DNA from: Octopus vulgaris | Taxonomy: Eukaryota | Direction of reading: 5' to 3' | DNA length: 64,000 nucleotides | Assembly (NCBI GenBank): GCA_951406725.2 | Contig: OX597821.1 | Location: 81,530,001-81,594,000 of the forward strand | In this document: positions 26,818 to 40,300 of the stretch, one piece after another | How the letters are laid out: each line of letters starts with the position of its first letter | How positions within the stretch are numbered: position 1 is the first letter of the stretch | Notes under the pieces: generated by a model | The model's input: the letters and a program-made list of their open reading frames with translations, nothing else | Told to the model about the DNA's origin: nothing | Databases searched by the model: none | Translations under genes and position numbers: made by a program

Positions 26818-29651
26818 ATCACTGGTATAGATTGCACAGATTACAACTAATATATAGTTAGATTAACTGGGTGCATGGCTCAGTGGTTAGAATACTGGGC
26901 TTACAACTGTGGAGTTGTGAGTTTGATTCCTGGACTGGGTTGTGCGTTGTGTTTTTGAGCAAAGACACTTTATTTCACGTTGCTCCACTTCACTCAGCTG
27001 TAGAAATGAGTTGCGATGTCACAGGTGCCAAGCTGTATCGGCCCCTTTGCCTTTCCCTTGAACCACATCAGTGGCGTAAAGAGGGGAGGTTGGATAAGCA
27101 TGGGTGACTGCTGGTCTTCCATAAACAACCTTGCCCAGACTTGTGCCTAAGAGGGGAAATTTTTAGGTGCAATCCCAGTCATTCGTGACTGGAGGGAGCC
27201 TTTACCCGACAGGGTGCAATTTACCCTGAAGTGTAGTCAAAAGAACATGAGCGAAATGTCCACTGGCTGCCAATGAATAAATCTATATTCGATCATAGAT
27301 GAATTATGCTATCATACTTGGCTATAAACATGTATCAAAATGATATCACCCTATCTTTCCTTAGCATTTTATCCCTTCCTCAGCTTAGTTAAACACCACC
27401 TTCTTTCCCCTGGTCAAAGACGACATTATCTCTCTTTACTTTTCCTCATTCCTCCTTCATTCACAAGTTTTTCCTATTTGGTAGAGTATACACTGTTTAT
27501 ATTCTATGAGGCCTAACTACAGATAAAAAAGAATCTGGAGTGAATTAACAGACTAGCTAAGAATGTTCTATCAGTAAAATCTAATTGAGGCAAGCTAAGA
27601 TATAAAAAAATACTTATTTGATGGACCCTGCTAGGTAGGTATAAAAGAATGAATTAATTTTTAATTTAGATTCCTGGTATGCCCACCCTGCCAAGAAAAA
27701 AGATAAAAACAGATCCAGTAAGAACAGAGGGAAATTCTTCCTGGCATTGAATAATGACAGTAGTGGTTGTTCTTTTAACAGTAAAATCAGTGAAGGTTGT
27801 TGGAATGAAGGCGGTGTACAAAACAATTTGTATCTGTGAACTTTTGGTTGCTAGAAAGGGGGAAAGGGTGTAAAAATAATTAAGTTTGAACAATGGTGTC
27901 TTTGTGTTCATAAGGCCTCAACAAAGTTTACACATTAGCACGATTGCATGAGGTAGTGTGGTGGATAGACAAAGTGGTTATCAACATAAGGAAAAATAAT
28001 GTTTTTCTATGCACCTCTATCATCGGAATAGAGTGGTCTTTCACAAAAACTGATCATCTATTAAGCACGATAACAAAACCATGAAACATTCTAGTTATAA
28101 TGAAGAAATTATTAACAATAAATTAGGATGTGGCTAGCATAGATGGTAAAATGCAGGACAAACTGTCTTGCAATACCAAATATTTAATGCTACAAAGTAG
28201 CGTGCTGGCCGAACTATTAGCATGTTGGACAAAATGCTCAGTAGCATTTTTTCCAGTTCTTCTGAGATCTAATTCCATCAAGGCCGGCTTGGCTTTTTGT
28301 CCTTTCGAGGTTGATAAAATAAGTTCCAGTTGAACAGTGAGGTGGGGGATGTCAGTGAAATCAACTTATCCTTGCCCTGCCATAGAACTTGGTGCAGTTA
28401 GCTTCATACTTCGTCTTTCCATTTCCATAACAAAAAAAAAAAAAAAGGGCCAGAAATACACTGAGAACATCTTTCAGCTTCTACATGAATTTCTCTCTAA
28501 ATTCAGATTCTTTTCCTTATCTTCAAAGCCTAAATTCATTAATTACTAAGCTTCCTTGTTAGACTTTCCAAAGATAAACAATTTAATTAGGTAAACATCT
28601 TAGGGAAGTGGAAGAGGATTACCCGCCATTCTGATATAATTATAGCAGATGAGCTTGGCAGCATCTTCTCTGTGTATTCACAAGCGTATGATGATGTTCT
28701 AGAACAAAAAGCTGCAGTGGTCTTAAATCAAACTGACAACTTATTAAGCTGGCATCATAAAGAAGGGCCTCGGCTTATTCACAATAAACTGTAACTTCTT
28801 TCAGCTTATTTCTATGTCTTTCTTTCTGTTTGCTTATGTACCTGCTTATCTAATATATGAGGGGGTGCTGAAAAGTCCCTGGCTTTAAGGGTAATGTGGA
28901 AGGCCTTGGTTGGAGGCCCAACCTTCTAAGTTCTTTTAGAGGGCTTAGAAAACCTCAAGGACTGCTGCAATAAGTGTGTGAATCTGAGAAGGGAATATGT
29001 TGAATAAAATCATAATTAACTGATCCTCCTCTATTTTCTTTTACCCAAAGCCAGGAACTTTTCAGTACACCCTCATGTGTGTTTGTGTGTGTGTGTGTGA
29101 GTGAGAGAGCACCTCCTCTTTTGGCATTGTGTGATTGGTGTAAACAAGTATGACTGTCATTTATTTCCAATTTACCATGTAAACAAGTTCGGTCATGGGA
29201 AAACATTATCTTGTCCGGAAAGAAGAAAGGGTCAGCAGCAGGAAAGGTTGTCATGCCTAGAAAACCAGGCTCAGTGAATTCCATCTGACCCATGCAAGCA
29301 TGGAATAATGGATATTAAAAAATAATTTTTTATCTGTCGCACGTCTCAGTCATTTGACTTTGACCATGCTGGGTACTGCTTTGAAAGGTTTTACTCATTG
29401 ATCTCAGGACTTTTAAAGCCTAGCACTTATTCTCCCAGTCAATTTTGCTGAACTGTTAGGGATGTAAATACACCAACACCAGTTGTCAAGCAGTGGGGGG
29501 GGGGACAAACACAGACACAAAGAAACACACACATACACACACGTTTATATATGTAAACATAATAAATAATATATAGTCTATTGACTATTTTTTTGTGCTA
29601 GGCCACTGGTAATAATAATTTTTATAATTCTTATTACTCTAATATTATTTA

Positions 29652-29682
<31 letters not shown>

Positions 29683-32171
29683 AATACACACACACACACA
29701 CACACACACACAAGGGGCTTCTTTCAGTTTCCATCTTCCAAATCCACTCACAGGTTTTGATTGGCCAGAGGCTATAGTAGAAGATATTTGTCTAAGTGCC
29801 ACATAGTGAGACTGAACCCAGAACCAAGTCATTGCAAAGCAAGCTTCTTACCATACAGCCACGCAACAGTTATTATGATTACAAATATACAACATGCCAA
29901 TAAATAAGCTTATAGACACAAAGAAACACCTGATACTGACCTGCTAGTGAAGACATGCTCCCTCTACGAGACAGTCCAAAATAGACACTAGGTGAACTCT
30001 GTCCACCCATCGACAGAGGGCCAGGACTTATAGCGCTACTGCCCATATGTTGTGCACTCAGCTGCTGTCGCAGTATGTTCAGACTGCCTGGTGAAGGGGG
30101 ACTGTAATAGAAGAAGAGAAACAGAACAGTTAAGCATCATCGAGTTTGAGCATTCCAACATGAAACTCTTTACATACACTAGACTTGCTAAAAACAACAG
30201 CCAAACTTTCCTCAAAGACATTTGTGTTGGTGCCACGTGAAAAGCACCTAGTACACTCTGTAAAGTGGTTGGTGTTATGAAGGACATCTAGATGTTGAAA
30301 TTATGCTGAAACAGAGAATTGAAGTGGGATGCAGCCCTCTGGCTTGCCAGCTCCTGTCAAAAAGTCCACCCATGCCAGTATGGAAAACAGATATTAAATG
30401 ATGATGGTGACATCTTAGGCACCATCATCCTACCTCTTTTTTTTTTCAGCATGCTTTCATTTTTAAGACAATAAAATGTGATTGAAGGGGAGATTTGACT
30501 GTTATTTTTAGTAAGTCAAGCACCCATATCAGGGCTGGCCAACCTGAGGCCTGCATGTGGCCCAAAGACTATTTAATCTTGCAGCCTGCTCGATACTTTC
30601 TTGAAGGATTGTGTTTAATTTCAAAATAAAATTGTTTGTGTAAAACATTTGTCTCAAAATGAATTAAAAATTTATAAATGGCAATAAAGCAAAAGACTAC
30701 AATTTTATAACTTTAAACAAACGAAAAGTATGAAAAATTCTTGAGTCTGTAATTTGATTATTTGACTATTAGTGCATAAAGAATATAAGCAGCCCTCAAA
30801 AAGCTTTCTGTGATTAAAGTGGCCCGCAATGTAATTCAAGTTGGCCGGGCTTGATCTATATAGAGGTCCTCTCCCTAACTTGCAGTTAATTCAATGCAGA
30901 TTGATGCAGACAATTCAAATGGATGAAGAAAATTAGAGAGGAAGGGAAAAAAGGATGAAAGAAAAATTTTTTGACAGAGAAACAAATAAAAAGAGACAAG
31001 ATATGAGAATGGGACAAACTAATATTTTGAAATGAAAATAATAATAATAATAATAATAAAATTATGTAAAGGCAATTTTAAAAAAAAGGGGAAAAATAAT
31101 TGCTAGCTTAAAATAGAAAAAAAAAGAAGATAAAAACAAATGCCCAAACCCTGCTGAACTAATTACATATGCAATTAATTAACGATACAGACTCAATATG
31201 CGTAACCTATAAATATAACGACCTACAGTCAAGTGCGTGTAACCTATTAATGATCCACTCTCATGTACAACTAACCTTTTAGCAAGGCAACAAGGAGTCA
31301 CTACAGAGCTGCTTCCCCTGCTAGAAACAGCAACAAAATCCCCTTTAACTCATACCCTACTGTCATAAAAAAGAAGAGGCACACTGTGTAATATAGTCTT
31401 ATGTAATCTCATATCTATGTAGAGCAGTGTGCTGGCAAGATTGTGAGGCAAGTGAGGAAAATGCTTAGAAGCAATTCTTCCATCATTATGATATGAGTTC
31501 AGGCACCACTCGGGTCAACTTTGCCTTTCATCCTTTGAGGGTTGATAAAGAAGGTACCAGCTGTGCCCTGGGGTTGATGTAATTGACTTTTTATTTCCAC
31601 TGAAATGGCTGGCCTTGTGCCAAAATTTGAAACCAATATTTATAACTAAAAATACCAAACTGTCATAGCTGGAATTTGTCTTTTATCATTGGTCTACTGT
31701 GGCAGACTCGAATTCGGGCCAAACAACAGCAATAAACCTTTTAGTACAAATAATTTCAATAAATAAATAAATATGGTGCACAAGCAAGGCCTGCTTGAGA
31801 AGCTTGCTTTGCTATCATGTCGTTTCAGGTTCAGTCCCACTGTGCAACACTTTGAGCAAGTATTTTCTGCTATAGACCCATGCTTTATGAGTGAATCTGG
31901 TAGACAAAAACTGTGCAGAAGGCAGTAAGCTGGCAGAAACGTTAGCACACCGGGCGGAATGCTTAGCGGTATTTTGTCTACTGTTATGTTCTGAGTTCAA
32001 ACTCCACCGAGGTTGACTTTGCCTTTCGTCCTTTCAGGGTCGATAAATAAAGTACCAGTTACGCACTGGGGTCAATGTAATCGACTTAATCCATTTTTCT
32101 TGCCTTTGTTTGTCCTCTCTATGTTTAGCTCCTTGAGGGCAATAAAGAAATAAAAAACTGTGTAGAAGCTC

Positions 32172-32204
<33 letters not shown>

Positions 32205-35200
32205 CCTTCTGTTTGTCACCTCCTCACCACTTGACAACCAGTGTTAGTTTGTTTATATCTCTGTAACTTAGTAGTTTGGTGAAAAATACCGATAGAATAA
32301 GAAGCAGACTTGAAAAAAATGAACAAGTACTGGGGCGATTTGTTTAACTAATCCCCTCAAGGCAGTGCCCCAACATAGTTTGCAGTTCAATGACTGAAAC
32401 AAGTAAAAGAAATCCCATTACCAACTCATATGATCACCTTATAGAAGTACTCTGCTGTTGATGGAAGATCAATTTTTATCATGTCTCCAAAGGTATGGTT
32501 TTTTGAAGCATGCATTGAATTCATCAGCTTTTGATTCTTTAGGGACAACTGACAACATTTGATGAAAATTTCCTGCAAAAGGAACTGTTACTCCTCCCAT
32601 GAGCATGCTATTGTTTTTAGGTCTTGGAAGGTATGGTGAATACCTCTGGAGCTCCACAATGTGACAGTGCACTCATCCCAAACAATGAGGCAAGTTTGTT
32701 GGAGAACTGTTGCCATTGCAGAGTTTTAGGAAATGTTGCACATTTGAGATTCTTTCATTGCAAGGTTTAGAGGGAGCTTGAGCATGGAATGAGCAGTTCT
32801 TCCCCATTGAGTGGGCTGGCTACATTACCAGAACATGCAACACTGGAAGAAGGTTAGATTTTATTTCCTCCCATTTAGGATTGCAGTTGAAAGTGACAAA
32901 AAGATCAGGTTTTCCATATGTCCTAACACATGCCATAGCACCTTGTGTTCGTTTGTGCCTATATTGAGGATCGACTGTGAATGACGATGGGAGGATTATA
33001 AGTTGCTCCATGTTTTTAATATCACCATCTTTAATATCAGACCATCTTGGAGATGAAGATAGTTTTTAGACCTTAACTTTTTTGGGTTGTTACAAATGTA
33101 GAGGAGATGCTCTTAACTTTAGCATACATACCAACAAGGTATTGCTAAAATAGATCATGATACCTGTATAATTGATTTGATTGTTCTGGACTTAACATCA
33201 GTTGGTAAGAATATTAGTCATTTGACAACACCTTTTTTTTTTTTTTTAATTGGCTCTCCTCTCCTATTGCAGGTTCAGTCTGGGGAATATTGAAATGATA
33301 CCCATCTTGTCCATTCCACAGAATAAGAGGATACTGGAGAACATCATAAGAGGGATGAGTCTCTGAAACACATTTAAGGTTGTTATCTTGAGCACGAATG
33401 AGAATATCACAATTTTCATGGGGATCACCTATCATAAGGATGGCTACTTCATTATATGTGGGCTTGTTAAAACAGCGTAAAATATTCTTTACTATGGTTT
33501 ACTATAGATGTAACGAATGCAGAAACAGACACACAGACACTCATAGAATTGATAATATGGAAAACAGCAAAATGTACACACATGAAGTTCAAGCAAAACG
33601 AAATGTACTCAATACAGGTGCAAAACATACTTTCTGTAGCATAGGTTTGCTATAAAAAATTTTTTTTTGGGGGGGGGGGGGAATATTTCCAAAAATATTC
33701 CAGCATCAGAAAGTCACCAATTTAGCAAAAGTTACTATGTGTCACTAATGTAACACAGTACAGAAAGTCAACATTTATTTGGAATAAGTACTAAATGTTA
33801 TAAAATTCAGGATTGAATGTCATGGTGAAGGAAGTCAAGCTCCAAGAAAATTCAGATGACATAAATCAATTTTTCATACAAAAATAAATTATTTTACAAT
33901 TTTGAAACGAACACTGAACAAAGTGTGTAAAAAGGAATATGTTGCTGTTGTGAACATTAATTGATTTAAAACATTTGCTGAAGAATTTATGTAGCAAGAC
34001 AAATTAATTTGATATCACTTCCTACATATCTTAACTGTGTAAGGTTATAGGCTGTAGAATAAATACTGACTAATGCAGTAAAGTGGTTGTGTGACATTGA
34101 ATACTCACACTGATAAAGCAGCATAGCAGGACTACAATAAGGACGCTAAGACTATCAAAAACGCATTATCTTTAGATTGGTTATAAGAACAAGAAATTTC
34201 CCCAAGACACCTGATGAAGGCTGGAGGGTGTACCAGCTGAAACGTGTTGACTACAAACAAGATGAAGACGAATATTCGTCAAATGTAAATAATGTACATA
34301 TTTGCGAGTGTTGTGAGTGCTGTCAAATCAACCAAATCTTCATGTTGGTCATAAAAAGCAGAATAATATTTCAGCACAAAAGTAGTGATAATTATTAATG
34401 CTGTTTAAACTGCAAGTCACCATGATGAAAAGGAAAATCCAAACAGTGGTACTTCAAAGTGAACGCTGTTGTTCGCTCAACATCCAGGCCGCAACTAAAC
34501 TAAACACTTTCAAGATCGGTGCATTTCACTGCTGGGTGGTACAGTCAGCTACATATACTACGACAGACACACATAGACATTCATGCACACCTCAGGCCTA
34601 CCTCTGTCCCTCTGTGTGTCTGTCTGTCTGTCTTTAGATGTGTGTATGTGTGTCAGTCCTCACTAAAATGCATGTATACTGACAGACACATACACAGTCA
34701 CACACATATACTTGTCAGTCATCAGCCAAATATACGTAAGGAATGACAAACACACATACATACACTGACAGACACATAGACACTCATGTGGAAAATGTGA
34801 CATGGTGGTGGTGGTATAAAATTAGTTTATGATAGTTGACTTAGAGAAAGATTATAATGTTAAATTTCTGTAAAACAAATGAAAATAAAGTTTATTTGGT
34901 AACCGAAAGATTACTGAAACTATTGATAATTCATATGTCAAAATCGGCAACTCAGTTTCCGAATCCATAAGGAACATATGTACACACACACACACACACA
35001 CACAAACTCTCTTTTAGGATAATGCAAGCAACAAGGGAGCCTCTACACTGTTATTTGATTGGCTAAAACTAACAGTTAACATTCCATCAAATTACTGCAT
35101 TTTTCAGGATACGAGTTGAGGTAGTATAAACATGTAGTGTAAACATTCCAATATCGTTATTATCTTTCCAAATCCGGTTGCATTTCAGACTGAAATTTTG

Positions 35201-37264
35201 GTCTTCCAAAGACCAAAATTTATATTTTGGTTTATATTTTGACTGACCATTTTGGCGGTAAATTCTGACCTGAAAGTTTTGACTTATATACCAGAAAATA
35301 TGATATACTTCACTATTTTTAAAAAGTGCAAGAACACAAGGTTTAAAAAAAAAACATAGATGGTCACATGACTTTTTACAGGATTGAACCATGATTGAAG
35401 AGCTAACAACATGGCTTTATAATTCATTGAATACTACTACTATTGCTGAGTGAAGTTTTATAAATTATAATGATAAATAAAATAGCTATTTCTCTTTTAT
35501 TCTTCTGGTCATATCAGAAATGTGATTAGGTTGGTGGCTGTCAAATGGAAATTTGTATCTGATAAGAATACCACAACTTCCATTCTGGCCTGACTCTGAA
35601 AAATCTGTCAATTAAATAAATGAACAATGTATGACGAACACTGGTAGCTTGTTTGAAGGCCCAAAGGCCCATCTTTAGAAGTAAACAATCAAGAAATGTT
35701 AGTCTATATGGTACCAGCCATGTTGATTGTGCAAAGCAGCAACAGCATTTCTTAATTGTTTACTTTAAAGGATGAGCCATTGAGCTAGAATTATACAGAG
35801 ATTATTAAACTTTTTGCATTTTACTTCTGAATGATGTACATTTGTATGTTATTGCAACTTAAATCCTAAAGAAATGAAAGGTGAAGTTGGGGCTGATATC
35901 ATTTCAACAGTTGAGTATTGAACTTTTGGATTACTTAAAAAGCATTCAAACCAGTTTAGGTTGGTAAATATTATCCAACTCAATGTTTTCTTACATAAGC
36001 AAGACACTTCAGTTCTTTCATGTACAGTGTAGAAAGACAAGAGGGCAATGGACAAGAATTACTAAATTATGGACAATCTTTCATTCTCAACCGTTTAGCA
36101 TTCAGATTATTCTGTCAAATGCAATGCTTATTCATTCACATAATTTTCACTTAGTTATGCATTATCACAAATCTTCAAGATTACAATGATATGGTTTTAT
36201 ATTTTAAGAATGATGTCATAGGGTAGGTGTGAGATGCCAGATCTGGCCAGTTTGGACATAAAACAGAGTATTTGGGTTGGATATGACTGGTTTAAATGCT
36301 AAAGGGTTGAAAAGCATTTGTAACTGAAATAGTTTATTTGCTGCTATACACCGAGTCAATGAAGAAAGATTTATTTCATTCATAGATAACCACAGCCAAC
36401 AGGACTTTCAGAATGGCAGACCAAGCAAAATATTGCTTTCAATTTTTTCAGGAGTGATAAACCATATGTCACATGGTCAATTTCTCAAAAGTGGTTGCCC
36501 GTTCCTGATCTACATAATTGTTTGATCTGCTAGAATCACATTTTAACTTTTTCTTTTTGAAAAGAGACACTGGACAGGGCAAGAATGCCTTTGATCATAG
36601 AACTTCAATAGAGACAAGAACTTCAATAGGGACAAGAACTTCAATAGGGACAAGAACTTCAATAAGGACAAGAACTTCAATAGGGACAGACTTGGGACTT
36701 AACAACCCCACCACCAAAAGACCTTGTTTACTATTCTGGTGACTCCTCAAAAATGTATCTTCTGAGAATTATTAAAGTTATTAGACAAGGCTAATATGTT
36801 CATCCAGATGACAGAAAGTGGGGGTGGAAAATGATGACTGTGACAAATTTATTGCTTTGATGACAGTGTCCTTGATGATGATGATGATGATGATGATGGT
36901 AGTGGTTGCTACCCCGGCACCCATCTTGTCTACATAGCTTTTATTTGCTGGTTGTTTGGGTCTCCTGTATCTTGTGCTATGTTTGGAGATAACAGATGTC
37001 AAGAGTAAAATAAACAGTCGTTAGCAGGATTAGCCAGAGACATTCATCAGAGACCAGGCTGACATACTGAACACATTCACATTGTGTGTGCGTGAGAGAG
37101 TGTGTGTATGTGTATGTGTGAGTATATATATGTAGGTATATATGTATGTATATATATGTATATATGTATGTATATATGTATATATATATATATATATGTA
37201 TGTATATATGTATATATGTATATATATATGTATATATGTATATATATATATATATGTATATATG

Positions 37265-37312
<48 letters not shown>

Positions 37313-40300
37313 TGTGTGTATATATGTATGTGTATGTATATAAATGTATGTGTGTATATATATCTATGTATATATATGTATGTGTATGTATATATATGAA
37401 TACACAAATATATATATCTACTACATTCCAGCCCTGGATTCTGAATTTTACCCTATATATATCTTATATATATATATATATATAATATATATGCAGGCAT
37501 AAAAAACGTCTGTATGTCAACATATGTACAAACATCTGTTGTCATTTACAGAAAATCACAACTACATGCAGATGCACATACTAAGACACATATATTAATG
37601 CGCATATATATATATATATCATACACACACACAGGCGCATACATAGCATAATTCTGTTCAGACACTAAACGTAACCCTGTATACAGTTATACACATCACA
37701 ACATGGCATACTAAACTTCAGAGTGAAAAGATGCTGGGGAAGAGAAAGAGAGAAAGAGAGAGGAAGGCAGTAGCAAGAAGACAGAGAAAGAGAGGGAGAA
37801 AAAGAAAGCTTGTGTGTGTGTGTGTTAGAAATAAATCAAGTTAAATGTCAGTGAGCCATAAATAGACTTCTGAGGATGAAAAAAAAGAAAAAAAAAAAGG
37901 AGAACAGTGGACAATGTAGTGGCCTTAATTTGGTTTTCCTCAGGACATATTTCTCATTCTTTCTTGTAGAATGAACAGGGGATGGGGGGATGGGGATGGG
38001 GAAACGATAAGGAAATGACAAAGTTTTTAAAGAGTTCAGTCTTCTGCTTCTATCATCATTAATCAAATTACAGATTTGATGTAACGGAAGATGGAGTGGA
38101 AGAAAACTGTTGCACAATTCACCCAAATTATTTCAACTGTCATTCTATAACAACAACAACAACAATAACAACAATCCTTTCTACAATAGGCACAAAGCCT
38201 GGATTTTATGGGGGGAGGACAATTGATCACATGGACCCCAGTGTTTCACTGGTATTTAATTCATCGACCCTGAAAGGATGAAAAGCAAAGTCAACCTTGG
38301 CGGAATTTGAACTCAGAACATAAAGACAGACAAAATATCACTTGCCTGCCATGCTTGCTGCCTTAATAATAATAATAATAATAATAATGATAATCTTTCT
38401 ACTATAGGCACAGAGCCTGGAATTTGTGGGGAGGGGGATAATCGATTAGCAAAGTCAACCGTGGCAGAATTTGAACTCAGAACGAATGAAAAGCTGCTAA
38501 GCATTGTCTGATGTGCTAATGGTTCAGCCAGCTGTTTGCAATCATATGGTTTTGGGTTCAGTCCCATTGCATAGTATCTAAGACAAGTGTCCTCCAGTAC
38601 AGCTTCAGGACTGACCAGTGGTTTGTGAGTGAATTTGATAAACAGAAACTGTGTGGAAGCTCATCATGTGTGTATGTACATAATTATATCACATACATTT
38701 ATATATGTGTGTGTGTGTGTCCATCTTTGAGTTTGTGATCGAATCACACCACCACTTGACAACCCATGTTGGTTTGTTTGTGTCCTCATAATATAGTGGT
38801 TCAGCAAATAGCAGTCTTAAAAAGAAGTACTGGGGTTGATTTATTTGTCTAAGGCTTACCTAACTGACTGCATCAGTAATTCAAAGAGCACCACCTTTGC
38901 ACCACCTCCCACTCTCATGTTGATCCTCCTGGAGGTTACATGAACTTTTTTAACATTTAAACTGTCCATATCCAGCTCAAATATTCTCTCTGGTCAGATT
39001 CATCTTCTCACACTTACCCTACAATGTCATTCTAAAAATAAGCAATCACATCATCAAAATCTCAAAGCTATAAGTCAATGCAGGGTTAATTAAAAATAAT
39101 TGTCAGTTTCTGGCCAACTAAAATTTTCCCTATGCAAGAAATAATTTAGATTTTTGGTGAGTTTCTGGCTTTGTAGGTTCTGGGTTTAAATGCACAAGGT
39201 ATGAAATTCAAGAAGGAGGGGGCTAGTCAATTACATCAACTGCAGTACTTGACTGGTACTTACTTAATTTATTGACCACAAAAGGATGAAGGGCAAAGTC
39301 ACACTTGGGGGAATTTGAACCCAAAATAATATGAATGAACAAGGTAATCTAAATGCTAAAGGGTTAATGATACAAGTATGTTTGGTATACTCAACCACTT
39401 TTATTCTGAAACAATGAATAGGCAATTCATTTGATGAAATAAAAGAAACCCTCATCATTGAAATTAATCTGATAATCCATTCATTTTTTATTTCATAATA
39501 GTTTGGGTATGCTGTGTAGACTATAGAATAGGTATATCGTATAAGATAGTTTAGCAGTTTGGGTATATTGTATGGGATATAGTATAGTAGTCCAGCTATA
39601 CTGTGTACAGTAAAATAGTCTAGGTATGCCCTGTATGGTACAGAATAGGGATATTGTATAGGTAGGTTGGATGAGGTATAGTATAGCAGTTCAACTATGT
39701 TGTATAGGGTACAGTACAATAGACAGTGTATGCTGTGGGTGTTGTGGTATGGTAGAGTCAGTATTGTCAAGATGTTTGAATAGTAGTAGTAGTAGCAGCA
39801 GCAGTAGCTGAAGTAGTAGCAGCAGCAGCAGTAGTAGTAGTAGTAGTAAGGTAGTCTGATTGTGTTTGAAGTACAGTGTGGGTTATGTTATGGTGCAATG
39901 CATTGAGAAGTTTCATGGGAGGTTGGGTTTCAAACTCCAGCAAATACCTTTACATTGTCAACATATTTCAGATGAAAGATGGAAATCAGCAAAATGAAAC
40001 AAGTCATGGGTGATAGACCGGTGGGAGTGTAAAAAGCCAAATATTCAGAAAAAGGATGGGATGACAAGAGAATATCACATAATGACCTTCTTAATAAATA
40101 GTTACGGGTTTTTTTTTTACCTTCTTTTTGAGACTGAGGGTTTATCTGATGGCTTTAGGCTGGTTTGGTGCTTCCCATTTAAGTTTGCTTTATGAGAATA
40201 TGTGAAAGCATACAGTGTAAATGTGTGTGTGTGTTTGTGTGTAGTTATAGATCAACAGTTTGCATTCACTGGGATTGTATTTGGACTGAGTGGAAATAGT

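Noticed and set aside
36781-37002. Possible alternative terminal tensin exon ([18 protein letters not shown])
   Set aside because: A phase-compatible acceptor exists, but the frame runs through an (ATC)n microsatellite and there is no other support.
39264-39770. 168-aa Tyr-rich ORF
   Set aside because: Degenerate TATAG-type repeat running into SINE/MITE fragments; no splice or domain support.
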